A DNA stretch of 64,000 bases from an uncultured Acidimicrobiia bacterium (lineage in GTDB: Bacteria > Acidobacteriota > Terriglobia > Versatilivoradales > Versatilivoraceae), in contig CAWBAT010000005.1 in assembly GCA_963786955.1 (NCBI GenBank), positions 800,001-864,000 of the forward strand. The letters run 5' to 3'. Below the pieces are notes generated by a model. That model did not search any database. It was not told the DNA's origin and saw only the letters and a program-made list of their open reading frames with translations. The translations under genes were made by a program, and so were the position numbers. Below, one piece after another: positions 33,327-44,680 of this stretch (positions are counted from its first letter, which is position 1; each line of letters starts with the position of its first letter).

Positions 33327-34091
33327 TCACATCCCCATGATGCTATACCCACAATCCACATAGATCACTTCACCCGTAATTCCGGAAGACATTTCACTCG
33401 CCAAGAAAAGTCCGGTGTCTCCGATTTCTTTCCCGGCCACATTGCGCTTTAAAGGCGCATGTTCTTCATGGTATTTCAACATGTCCGTAAAGCCTGCAAT
33501 CCCGCGGGCCGCCAGGGTATTCATGGGGCCCGCGCTGAGGGCATTGACGCGAATATTTTGGGGGCCGAGATCATGGGCCAAGTACCGGACAGTGGCCTCT
33601 AACGAGGCCTTGGCGACTCCCATGACATTGTAGTGAGGAACAACTTTTTCAGCTCCGTAATAAGTGAGCGTTAATATGCTGCCTCCTTCATTCATGAGAG
33701 GGAGTGCGGCACGTGAAATTCCCAACAGAGAATAAGCACTAATGTCCTGCGCAATACGAAAGGCCTCTCGAGAAGTATTGATGAAACGACCTTCCAAGGC
33801 CTCCTTTGGAGCAAACGCAACACTATGCAGGACCAAGTGCAGTTGGCCAAAATCGGCCTTCAGGTGATCAAAAACTTTCTGAATTTCTTCGTCACGCGTG
33901 ACGTCACAAGGATAGGTTGGACAATCTGAACCGAAGGTCGCTGCCATTTCCTCCACGTTCGCCTTGAGTCGTTCCCCTTGATAGGTAAATGCCAAACGGG
34001 CACCGGCATGATGCCAAGCCTGGGCAATGCTCCAGGCAATACTGCGTTTGTTGGCAACACCAAAAACTACGCCGAACTTATCTTGTAACAT
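33327..34091 (-). CDS. fabI: Enoyl-ACP reductase FabI
   Basis: GVANKRSIAW, ISAYSL, YNVMGVAKASLE and VNALSAGP motifs. Confidence 0.96.
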   Translation of the reverse strand: MLQDKFGVVFGVANKRSIAWSIAQAWHHAGARLAFTYQGERLKANVEEMAATFGSDCPTYPCDVTRDEEIQKVFDHLKADFGQLHLVLHSVAFAPKEALEGRFINTSREAFRIAQDISAYSLLGISRAALPLMNEGGSILTLTYYGAEKVVPHYNVMGVAKASLEATVRYLAHDLGPQNIRVNALSAGPMNTLAARGIAGFTDMLKYHEEHAPLKRNVAGKEIGDTGLFLASEMSSGITGEVIYVDCGYSIMGM

Positions 34092-34240
34092 GACCATCTC
34101 CCGAAGAAAACTAGGGTCAAATCTATCAAGACCAGGAACAGGAATCAAGCTTCACGGAGTCCCTCATGGTTCCGTTCACAGGAACTCCAAAAACGGGCAG
34201 TCTCTTGGAAAGGCTGTGACCAGGGCGACGGGCTGACCCC

Positions 34241-35305
34241 TCACTTGAGCAGCGCTTCACGACCTGCATGTGGCTTTGAATCCAGTTGAATGAGCGGCTG
34301 CTTGTGCCGACCGGAGGGATTCGAACTCTGGGGAGCACGCCAATTGTCGATCATGGCCACTTGCTGAACGCAGGAGACCGTGCAAAGGGGCGCGCACGAT
34401 TTCGTCATGAAATATTCACGACGAATGTCCTTCCGTGTATATTCGGCCAGAGGAGTACCCGGATACCCGCGCTGCTGCGAACAGTAGTGCACCAGTCCGT
34501 TTTCACAAATGTAAAGATAACGGGCACCCGCCCGACAGCGCCATTCGTTAGGTCTGCCATACGCGATGTTTTCTTGAAATTGATTGAGCCGAGCAAAGGA
34601 CTTATTACCGATTTGCTTCAGTTTTTCGAATACTCCCCGCTCTCTAGGCCCAAGAGGCTGCAATTGTCCATATCCATCATGAAGAATCCCTAAGGTAGTA
34701 CTGAATCCCAGCGAGTCCGCCCTTTTTGCCACTTGCAACGCGTCTTCCGGATGGGAAATTCCGGCGCCCACCACGGAGTTGATATTGACTCCAAATTCCG
34801 CATGTTCCGCCAACATCTGCAACTTCTTGTCGAGCACTTTCAAACTTTTCTTGGAGACATCATCCGGCTGAATATTATCGATACTGATTTGCAAGTGCTC
34901 TAATCCAGCCCGATTCAGCCGCTCGATTCGCTCGACCGTTAGGAGATAACCATTCGTGATCATCCCGGCGATGATACCTCGGCGTCGCATATGACGGATA
35001 ATTTCGTCAAGGTCCGGATGTAGGAGGGGTTCACCACCACTAATTGTAATGACGGAAGTCCCCAGATTGGCCAGGCAATCGATCCTCTGAAGCATTTCTT
35101 CGGTCGGAACAGGCTTGGAAAAATCATCATATTCGTTGCAATAAGTGCAGGAAAGATTACAGCGCCGGGTAGGAATAATATGCGCCAAGATGACATGCCG
35201 GGTGGAGAGTAGTCCTTTTGCAATCATCATGAGTTCCCGCATACGACGGTGGGTAAACTTTAGACGTCGACGAATTTTTTTCCCCGCTGAGTTCATTTGC
35301 ACCAA
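34241..35305 (-). CDS. Radical SAM protein with Cys-rich C-terminal (twitch/SPASM-like) extension
   Basis: [13 protein letters not shown] and ITNG motifs; C-terminal CRAG..YC and CAPLCTVSC. Confidence 0.9.
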   Translation of the reverse strand: MVQMNSAGKKIRRRLKFTHRRMRELMMIAKGLLSTRHVILAHIIPTRRCNLSCTYCNEYDDFSKPVPTEEMLQRIDCLANLGTSVITISGGEPLLHPDLDEIIRHMRRRGIIAGMITNGYLLTVERIERLNRAGLEHLQISIDNIQPDDVSKKSLKVLDKKLQMLAEHAEFGVNINSVVGAGISHPEDALQVAKRADSLGFSTTLGILHDGYGQLQPLGPRERGVFEKLKQIGNKSFARLNQFQENIAYGRPNEWRCRAGARYLYICENGLVHYCSQQRGYPGTPLAEYTRKDIRREYFMTKSCAPLCTVSCVQQVAMIDNWRAPQSSNPSGRHKQPLIQLDSKPHAGREALLK

Positions 35306-35565
35306 TGGAAAAGTAACAATTGCAAGAATTTATGGCTACATTCTATTCCCTTCAGATTCCTCCCGGGAACTCAGACACGGGACAATATCTTTCGGGAAAC
35401 AACTGTCCCTTTCGGGCAAATGATCTACCCGAAAAGCAATTTCAAGAGTAACCCTGACTATCAAAGCCGCTAATTATTCTTCCCCCGTTGGCTCCGAAAC
35501 GCAAGGGCGGGACATCTTAAAAGAAAAGCCTTGAAGAATCAATCCCCTTACAGGCAGCGACCTGA

Positions 35566-36507
35566 TTACCGTGCCAAAGGGGTCAAAATCGTCGATGACT
35601 TGCGCCTTTGCGCTGAGGGTCTTTCTGGCCCCAAGGATTCCTCAACAATCTCCAAAAAGGCTCTGCAAGCCCTTGAAACGTAGCGATTTTTTCGATAAAT
35701 GAGACCCAGTTTCCGCACGAGCTTAACATTCTTGATGGCCACCAGTCTGAGAGTCCCCTGTTCCATTTCAGACCTGACGTAACTCATGGGGACGATTGAG
35801 ATTCCCATGCCGATGGAAACAAACTTCTTGATTGTTTCAATGCTGGCCAGTTCCATTGAAATATTCAGCTTGTCCCATTGATGACCAAAAATCTTCTTCA
35901 ATCGTTCTCGAGTGGTCCCCACTTTATGAAAAATAAATGGGATAAGGAATGACTTCCTCCAACCGCACCGAATTCTTGACGGATAACGGGTGCTCCGGAC
36001 TTGTGATTAACCCCATTTGGTCCTCCGCGATTGGAATTATTTGTAATCGCGGTGGTTCACCGGCAGGGTCACAATTCCAAAATCCAACTGGTTGTCGAGT
36101 ACTTTTTCCAATACCTTTTTGGAGAAATTCCGGTAAATGCTGATTTGCACTTCCGGATATTTGCTTGTATACAAAGCGAAAATTTGCGGTAAGACATAGA
36201 TGCAAGTGGATTCATTGGCACCAATATGCACCCTCCCCCGAGGAGATGCATTCAGCTCCGTAATGGCCAGTTTGGCTTCATCATGTAATTGAAGCAATCG
36301 ATCCGCATAGCCAAACAAGAGCTCGCCCGCTTGGGTGAGGGAGATTTTTTTCCCGATTCGGTCGAACAATTTTTGCCCGAGCTCCTCTTCTAGCAGTCGA
36401 ACTTGCGTACTGATGGCGGGCTGCGTTCGAAACAGTCTTTCTGCGGCGATCGTAAAACTCCGGCAAACTGCCACTTCATAAAAATTGCGAATTTGATCCA
36501 GATTCAT
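35566..36507 (-). CDS. LysR family transcriptional regulator, frameshifted
   Basis: SFTIAAERLFRTQPAISTQVRLLEEELG HTH; ETIKKFVSIGMGISIVP. Confidence 0.92.
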
Positions 36508-36541
36508 GGTTTGACCGTGCGGATCGCCTCGTTTATCCTAG

Positions 36542-36574
36542 ATAAGAATATCTAATGAACATTATATCATTGAT
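36542..36574. promoter_or_regulatory. Candidate LysR T-N11-A binding site(s)
   Basis: AT-rich ATAAGAATATCTAAT (T-N11-A) about 35 nt upstream of the lysR start. Confidence 0.35.
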
Positions 36575-36670
36575 AAACATGAGCGCGGTCGCTAAACCGA
36601 AATCTCCCAAGAAGGTGAGGGCTCCGTGGCTTCATTGAATCCTGCAAGGAGTGCAAAATTGTTTAATGGA

Positions 36671-37079
36671 TTATTTTTTAAACAGGGCATCAAACGCGTC
36701 TCGAGCACTGGTGACCTTATTGGCGGACGTGGTATCCCGTTCGATAGCTTTTTTGGGATTGAAGTTTGAACAGGAGTTGCGAACACTCTTCTTGGGAATG
36801 CGTTCGGGGATGGGCTGAGTACATTCATAGCGAGCACCCGTATCAAACCAGGCACATTGTTTGCAACTGTGCAGATCGGTTTTGCACTTTGGGCACTGGC
36901 TGTCCAGGTCAATTGGGGCGTCAGGGATGCGCCACACATCGAGCAGCGATAGGCCTCATGGAAACCCGGCATTTCGCGCGGACGGAATTCTTTCGGCTCA
37001 CTGTTGGACGCTCTTTTCTGGCCGGCTTATCCTCTCTGTCGCTGTCCATGTAGCCGTGCTGACGGTATTTTCGATCCAT
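36671..37079 (-). CDS. Multi-cysteine zinc-binding hypothetical protein, frameshifted
   Basis: MDRKYRQHGY start; CSMC, CPKC, HSCKQC, YEC and NSC; C-terminal ARDAFDALFKK. Confidence 0.75.
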
Positions 37080-37317
37080 GGTTTTCCCTCAAAGTCGAAG
37101 AATAATTTGTCTGCTTGGCAATCCATCGACCACTGACCGGCTGGGCGGAGAATGATCACTTGCGGACGAAATCAAACAGAATCATGGCATAATTTCTCCA
37201 TTGATCCGAATAGGACAGTACCATTAAGCTGTCTCAGTTTCTATTTAAACTCTACATGAAGTCAGTTTGTTTTTCCATGCGAATACAGCAATTTCCTTAC
37301 CGGGGGGCTGGCTGGAC

Positions 37318-38959
37318 ATGAGCCTCAAAGATCAACGGTTAAAAAGGGGGTTAAATTCCTTTATCACCGCAAGAATCTTACTCGTGCTTTGGGCCATTGG
37401 GATCAGCGGGCAGCGGTTTTACTCGGAAGACATTAATACACCGGGTGAGTTTCAAACGAAGGTCCTTACCTTGATTCAGCAGCCCAAATGGGATTCTGCT
37501 TTTTGGGGCATCGAAATCGTCTCGCTGGATGACGGGACAACTCTGTACTCGTTAAACGCACAGAAGCGATTTTTGCCGGCCTCCAATATGAAGATCTTGA
37601 CCTGTGCCGCAATACTTGGATGGGATGGACCCCCAGGAGAGGATAACGACTCCCGTTTATGCAACGGGACGGATCGACAAATGGGGGACGGGTTCTAGGA
37701 AACATTGTCCTGGTTGGCCGGGGTGACCCAAACCTTGAAAGACGAGGATACAAAACGGAGCATGAGACCATTCGAAAATAGAGCTTATCCTTCTTCCATC
37801 ACCCAGATCGCTGACGAACTGCAGTCAAAAGGAATCAAGACAATTGAAGGGGACATTGTCATTGACGACACCTATTTTCTTCATCAACCCTTTGGGCTCG
37901 CCTGGACAATCGAGGACACGGCCTGGAGTTATGGAGCCCCCGTTAGTGCTCTAGTTATCAATGAGAATATGATTGCCGTAAGAATACTTCCCGGTGAACA
38001 TTACCAACGATTTGGCCCTGTTCCAGACGTCCCCTGCGGAAACGTCTTCGAAAATGGTTATGAACCGTGTAAAAACTACTGCCCATCAGCAGAATACAAA
38101 GGTGAGCTTGACCCATGAGCAGGAGTCTGGCCTGCCTCTCTTCACGGGGTCTATTTCCCAAAGTCAATCCGAATTGAATTATCAGGTGGCTGTGCCCGAC
38201 CCAACCACATTCGCCGGCTCTCTCCTGAAAGCAGCGCTGACGCAAAGAGGCGTGCTCGTCAAGGGAGATGTTAAATCCAAAATCCTCGAGCCGACAGAGG
38301 TCCTTCAAGGGCAGGAGATTCCACTCAGGGATATCCGTCCAGACCAACCAGCCTACGCCGAGGAAGCCAGAGTGGCAGCAATTCTTGGCGTCCCCATCTT
38401 TGATTCACTGAAGATTATGATGAAGGAAAGTCAGAACTTGTATGCCGAATGTCTACTGAGGTTACTTGGAGCGCGAACTTCAGAGCTCGGTTCAATGGAA
38501 GCGGGTCTGGCAGCTTTGGGAAAGTTTATGACGAAAACAGGCACTCCCGAGGACAGCCTGAAAATAAGAGATGCTTCCGGGATGTCGAGGAAAAATCTCG
38601 TCACTCCCGAATCCATCGTCCGGGTATCTGGTTTACATGGGTCATCATCCTCCAGCGCGAAAAATTTCTCGATACATTTCCGGTCGGGGGAAGGGATGGC
38701 ACTTTGAAAACGCGATTTCAAGGGACCCCGGCAGCCGGGCGTATTCTAGCCAAGACAGGGTCGATAGAATCCGTCTCCACGCTTTCCGGATATGCCGAGA
38801 CGATCCAGGGAGGCTCATCTTGCCTTTTCACTGATGGTGAACAACGAGGAGGGGAGCCAACAGGAGGTTCGGGAAGTCTTGGATCAACTCTGTCTCTGGA
38901 TCATCGAATTAGTTCCGAAAACAAGAAATGTTCCCCGCCTTCCCCGTCAGCCCCAATAG
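37318..38959 (+). CDS. dacB: D-Ala-D-Ala carboxypeptidase/endopeptidase (peptidase S13, PBP4), frameshifted
   Basis: PASNMK (SxxK), GRGDP, YGAPVSAL, SQNLYAE (SxN), DASGMSR and AKTGS (KTG) motifs. Confidence 0.9.
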
Positions 38960-39081
38960 AAGGAAATAATAATGATACCGAGCATGCCCCCTAGGGCGAT
39001 CAAGATAATCAATCCTTCCATTATCTTTTCCTTCAAGGTCTTCTTTCCCAATGCATTGGAATTCCCGAGTTGGTCAAACAT
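38947..39081 (-). CDS. Putative 44-aa single-transmembrane small protein
   Basis: GGGAGG RBS, then MFDQLGNSNALGKKTLKEKIMEGLIILIALGGMLGIIIISFYWG*. Confidence 0.6.
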   Translation of the reverse strand: MFDQLGNSNALGKKTLKEKIMEGLIILIALGGMLGIIIISFYWG

Positions 39082-39342
39082 ATCGCCCCTCCCAGTTTGG
39101 AATTACTTAGAGATATTGGTTCGATAGTTGATTCCATCGATCTGTCGGAGAACTTATGGCTGAGCCCGTGAGAACTGCATTCTATTCCAATCGGCCCCAT
39201 TCAGCCAAGAGATCTTTAGAATTCTGGAAATATGTGGGAATGAAGAAAAGGGGACCATAAGGGAGTGATGTGCCGAGGCTTTTATCAAAAGCGCAAGAAT
39301 TAGGACTTCTCTACAAGTGAAGGGGTCAAAGAATCTGTAATC

Positions 39343-40049
39343 CTAAGTCAATTTTCTTCTGTTCGAGGCATGTGACTGAATCACCATCTGTCTTACTGTC
39401 TGGGTTGTCTTCGTCGACTGGACCGTACGAATGAAATAGGAAAGACTCTCAAAAGAAATAGCTAGGTCCATGTTCTTCAGTTTCAGGCGCCCGGCTGTAT
39501 TCAGTCGGAGCGGAGCGAAATTGAGAATCGCTGACAATGCCTGCATCGCTCAGCAAATCGGCGACAGACTGGGCTTCTTCGGCAGGAACACAGATCACCC
39601 CAATGCTGAATTTGTTCTTTCAGAACAATTGGTTTAAATCCTTAATGTGATAAACAAACACTCCGCTTCGGGAATTCTCCCCAACTCGCAAAAGATCTTT
39701 ATCAAAAAGGGCTGTAACCTGAAAGTGTTTGGGATTAAACCCGCGGTAGTTCGCGACCGCCATCCCCAAGTTGCCAGCCCCGACGATGCCGATACGGTGC
39801 AATTGATCCAATCCCAATATCCTGGAAAGTTCTCGCCTCAAACCATCAACATGATACCCTACGCCTCGGACTCCGAATTCTCCAAAATAGGTCAGGTCTT
39901 TTCGAATTTGCGCGGAATTCAATTGGAATTCCTTGGCCAATGGATTGCGAGGAAGTAGTCTTGACGCCCGTCAGAGCCAGCAGATTAAGACAGCGCAGGT
40001 AAATAGAGAGGCGATTGATGGTGAACTCAGAGATCCGTTCAGTCTTCAT
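39343..40049 (-). CDS. rex: Redox-sensing transcriptional repressor Rex, frameshifted
   Basis: RLSIYLRCL, QIRKDLTYFGEFGVRGVGY, VGAGNLG and ILNFAP motifs. Confidence 0.93.
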
Positions 40050-40388
40050 AGTCGTTTCTCATGATTTCAGAACTGATCTAATAAGAGATCTCCTATAGAA
40101 CAGATAACGGTGGAAGTATATCACAGCCAATCTGGGTTGAACTTCAGTCCGGAATCAGTCTATGAACAGACTTGCGCCTTCTTGAGTCTTTGAATCCGGA
40201 ATCAATTCCGGGGGGGACGCAGAAAATGGCTGAAAACCGTTCATCTATGAATTGGTTTCACTATGCGCGAGAAAGCATTGAAATTGTTAAGACCTGCTCG
40301 AATTGTGAGAATTCACACACCTGGCGAACGAGTTCATGAAACCGCTTTTCAAGATAATGGAGTAGGTAAATCCTGCTGAGGATCAATC

Positions 40389-40844
40389 ATGCGCCCTAAC
40401 CGACACCGGATAGGAGTCATTTCAGATACCCATAGTTGGTATGACCCGGAAGTTGAGGCCCATTTCAAAGGGGTAGACCATATTCTGCATGCTGGAGATG
40501 TCGGGGACATGAGGGTATTGTCCCAGTTAAGGGAAATCGCACCAGTGACAGCCGTCAGCGGGAATATAGATGAGGGGATGCACACCACACCCCTCAATTC
40601 AGAAGAAAAAGTTCGTCTATATGGGATTCGGATTTTTATGATTCACATTCTTGGCAGCCCGCAGCGCCTGGCTTATGATCTCGAACTGAAGGTAAAACAG
40701 CTTACTCCAGATGTGATCATCTTCGGTCATACACATCAGTCCTATCTTGGAAACCGGGAAGGGGTAATTTATTTCAATCCGGGAAGCGCGGGGCCAAAGC
40801 GCTTTTCGTTGCCTCGATCCATCGGCTTGTTAGATGTGACATAA
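40389..40844 (+). CDS. YfcE-type metallophosphoesterase
   Basis: SDTH, HAGD, GNID, GHTH and NPGS motifs. Confidence 0.9.
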   Translation: MRPNRHRIGVISDTHSWYDPEVEAHFKGVDHILHAGDVGDMRVLSQLREIAPVTAVSGNIDEGMHTTPLNSEEKVRLYGIRIFMIHILGSPQRLAYDLELKVKQLTPDVIIFGHTHQSYLGNREGVIYFNPGSAGPKRFSLPRSIGLLDVT

Positions 40845-40992
40845 GGGTAAGGTTGAGGCAACAATAATCAAGATTTGAGACTGTCTGAAACAGGAAAACT
40901 CCTCGTGCAAACTTTAGCGGGGGAGTGAACAGGAGAGTTTTCTTTGTGCCCGGATCGAAGGACCCCGTTCCCCAAAAATTCCTTGAACGGCA

Positions 40993-42091
40993 CTAATCCT
41001 GGGGCCCCGCTTGCCATTTCAAAAGCGCCATCTCCGCTACAAACCCAGGTCCAAACGCTGCCATCAGCCCCAGGTCTCCAACTTCTGGGTCGCTATGCTG
41101 TTGGATCTCTTGCAGGACGGCTAGAACGGTCACACTACTCATGTTCCCTTTATGAAAGAGAACGTTCAAAGTGGGCTCGATTTTTTCCGGAGGACAGGCC
41201 GAGTTGTTTTCCAATAATTTCAACAATTCGAATACTGCCGGGATGGAGGACAAAATGCTTCAAGGCACCCACCTCTACATGACAGTCGTCCAGAAAACAG
41301 GTTAGAGTGGGTTCGATATTCTTTTTGATAAATGGGGGAATTTCCGGAGAGAGGATGATTTTCAACCCTTCGTTGCGGAGTTCGAATCCCATATAGTGAA
41401 GGGTATCCGGGAAGAAACGGGTGGCGCATCTCTGGATTGCCGGCAGAGGTTCCGGTGAATTGAGTTTTGCGGAAACAACCGTAGCCGCAACCCCATCACC
41501 AAAAAGCGTGGATGAGATGATATTGGTCATACTCAGGTCATCCAGCAAAAATGTTTGGGAACAGAACTCGTGCGCCAGGAGAACAACAGTCCTTTCGGGA
41601 TATGCACTACAGTACTCCCAAGCCCGCATTAATCCAACCGTTCCTCCGGCGCACCCATGCTCGGTAAGAATGGTCCGAGCCGAACTGATTCCAAGCCGGT
41701 TCATAATGTGGGCATCTACCCCAGGAATTGTAAAACCCGTACAAGACACGCTGATAAACATATCCACATCCGACGCATGAATATGGTTGAGTTCCAGCGC
41801 CTCTTGAACCGCCTGGGTCCCCAGTTCAATGGAGGCTTTGACATATTGTGAATTCGTGGTGTGAAAATCCCGAGGTTCGAGGACTTCATCGGGGGGAAGC
41901 AAAATGTAGCGGGATTGGATCTGAGTTTTGTCAAGGATGGAACTGAGTTTATTAATGAGCTGTTCATCCGTTCCCTTGCTTTCCAACCAGCGCCGAAGAT
42001 AGGTTCGGCTAACATCCGTTGTCACTTTATACGGGGGATGGACTACCGAGACTTTCCCTGTTCTTATTCGATTCTGCAATAACACCTCCAA
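40993..42091 (-). CDS. Type III polyketide synthase (chalcone synthase-like), frameshifted
   Basis: Catalytic triad motifs HGCAGG, HPGS and GNMSS; EFCS, LFGDG and AFGPGF. Confidence 0.9.
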
Positions 42092-42308
42092 CCTGTTATT
42101 ACTACTTGGAATTCCCTTCTTGTCGCGCGTTACCGAACATTGGATGGAAAGTCAAACAGAATGCAAAGGTAGGCGTAACAGCGATTTGCCAGGGTACTAT
42201 ACCCTGATTAGGGCTGATTGACAAAGCCAAACTTAAGGGCGGGGGGAGAAGGGAAGGCAATTTCTTTTAGTAGTCGGTAATCCCATCTCAGACGGCTACC
42301 GAGACGAA

Positions 42309-43236
42309 TTAAAATAACCATCCCGTGCCCTAACGATATAGGTCGGAGTCGCTGACCCGAACCTCAATCTTCCGATAATCCCGTTTGAAATTGGATTGTG
42401 GATAATAACCGAGAACATATTGGGTCCGCAGTTCTCGGCTAATCATTTCAAACGACTCCTTAAGTGGTCTGAGTAGAGAGATGCGGAAATAGCGCCCACC
42501 CGTTCGATCGGACAAATAAATCAGGGCATGCTCTCCCCCTAGATTTCGTCCCGGTTCACTTTTGATCGGTTGGACAATCAAGCTATAGATCACCGATTCA
42601 GAGTTCAGTGCCTTACGAAGGCAGTCCTGGAAATTAGTGTGGCTGGTCGTGTCGGTTCCATCTGAGATGACCAGGATCACGCGACGTCCTTTACTCTCTT
42701 TTAGAATTTCCGCCGCAAGATATATCGCGTCATAAAGCGAAGTTCCCTCCACCGGGCTTTACAGAGCGGATCGCTTCAATGATCCGATCGATTTGATTTG
42801 CCTTATGCACAACTTCGTTAACTTCTTCGGAAATACGGAGGACGGAGACTCGATCCATGGGGCGAAGGATTGACTTGACAAATTCAATGGCGCTTTCCTG
42901 TTGTGTCTTCAGCTCAGGTGCAATACTGAAAGAGCTGTCAAACAAGAGAAAGAGTTGCAAAGGCTGGTCTGAGCTGTCTCCTGAAAAATGAAATTGTTTG
43001 ATTCTGCTCATCATCGAAAATTTGAAAGTCCTTTTCAGTCAAGTCGGAACCCAACTTCCGTCTGCCTTTGTTACCGTGACCGTGACCGTGACAAGATTCA
43101 CGTTGACCGTCAACTTATATTCTTTATTCCTAGAATCTGTCTGAGCTAGTCCCCTCTCTGCGGCACGATCAGAAGGGAAAGGACAAGAAAGGGAGCCAAA
43201 AAGTGGAGTCGTATTTGATTTGACATCAAATCTCAT
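42309..43236 (-). CDS. Acidobacterial-type VWA domain protein, frameshifted
   Basis: VNVNLVTVTVTV, MIDAS-like DSSFS, GTSLYDAI, ISDGTD, TGG, ELRTQYVLGY and RARDGY motifs. Confidence 0.85.
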
Positions 43237-43284
43237 TAGAACCGCAAGGATTGGAATTCCTCAAGAAGGCTACTCGACCAGGTA

Positions 43285-44078
43285 TTAAAGGATCGAGGGA
43301 CAAGAATGCGGTTGTGTCTCTTTCTTGAGAAATCCGGAATTCAGATGGAAGATGTCATCCGGGGGAAAGAGCGGTTTCGAATACTCACCTTCGACCCAAA
43401 CCTCACCGTCTTCGAAGAATTCCTTTTTCCAAATTGGAACAATCTTTTTGAGGGTATCGATGGCGTGTTGACAGGCCTCAAACGCAATTTTCCGGTGAGC
43501 TGAAGTGATCGCAATGACGACACTAGCTTCTCCAATCTCAAGCCGACCCAGTCGATGCACAATACCAATATGATGCACTGACCATTTTTTTCGAATTTCA
43601 GCTCCAATTTCTTTCATCTTTCTTAATGCCATCGGCTCGTAACCATCATACTCTAAGATAAAGCGTCTTCCGCCCTGAGGTATTATTCCGAACAATTCCA
43701 TCAAATATCACGATCGCACCGTCTTCCGGGCGCTGCAGTTGCTCGGTTAGCGCTTCAATCCTGATGGGGTTCCTGACTATCTGGAAGATGTCTCCATTCT
43801 CTGTCTCCGGGTAGGTCTCCGGAGGCTCGTTTTCACCGCCACTGACAGGAGGAAAAATTGCAATTTCATCCCCCGCTCGAACCCGGGACTGCAAATTGGC
43901 AAATTCTTGGTTCACCGCAAAAAGTCAAGACTACTTTCAAACTCTTTACAGCCGGAAACTCATCGCAAACTTGAGTCCAGACATCAGCGACTGTTTGAAT
44001 CTCCTGACCGTGGATGACTAGGCTTGGCTCGCCTACGATTTCCCGTAGTCTTGCAAATAGAAAAACTTCGAAGTCCAT
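43285..44078 (-). CDS. moaE: Molybdopterin synthase MoaD-MoaE fusion (MoaX-like), frameshifted
   Basis: LFARLRE..FAVN..DEIAIFPPVSGG continues in frame into GAIVIFDGIVR; later HRLG, SAHR and VPIWKKE. Confidence 0.88.
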
Positions 44079-44383
44079 GCCAATTCCATTGGAAAGGATC
44101 TGCATCGGATCGTCAAGTTCAAAAAAGGACCCACTTCGAGATCCGCAATCTGCGTCAACATGAGGCGGCTGGTTGCGGAAAAATTCAGTTTCCTTTTGGA
44201 GATTCGGCACCCGGAAGAGGTAATCTATCCCCGAGACCGTTCACTTTAGCCCAAGCAGGGGTGAAGAATATCAAATCTTTACTAGGGATGTTATTCTGTT
44301 TGATCATCGCTGTGAAGCGTTTAGTCCCGCCAGCCGGTTTGAAAGCGGAAAGGAAAACTAAGCGGAAAAATGGAGGTGTTTAA

Positions 44384-44491
44384 TTGAAAAAAGCCAAGAA
44401 ATCAGGCGACTGCGGGAAAATCGTATGCCGTGCCTGTGGCGCACGACTCGAAGTGGTCGTCCATTTCAACGGTAAAATCGTATGGCCGTGA
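44384..44491 (+). CDS. Putative 35-aa Cys/His-rich small protein
   Basis: GGAGG 7 nt before TTG; reads MKKAKKSGDCGKIVCRACGARLEVVVHFNGKIVWP*. Confidence 0.5.
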   Translation: MKKAKKSGDCGKIVCRACGARLEVVVHFNGKIVWP

Positions 44492-44680
44492 ATCCCGGAA
44501 ATCCTGATTTCAGCGGAGAACAACCTGTTCTGAGGGGGGAAACTAAGACGGATTCGAGTAGTGTGCAGCGCTGACGTACTGCACGAGTCGGGTTACAGTT
44601 GTGTCGATGGAGTACTCGTTGAAAAGTAATGCTGCTGCGTTGCGGAGGTTCAATGCTCCAGCATTGTTCTTTAATACGCC

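Noticed and set aside
40195-40230. GGGACGCAGAA resembling a c-di-GMP-I riboswitch core
   Set aside because: The upstream GGCAAAC/GNRA stem and the second hairpin are missing
44080-44340. Moco riboswitch upstream of moaDE
   Set aside because: No recognisable Moco RNA motif elements
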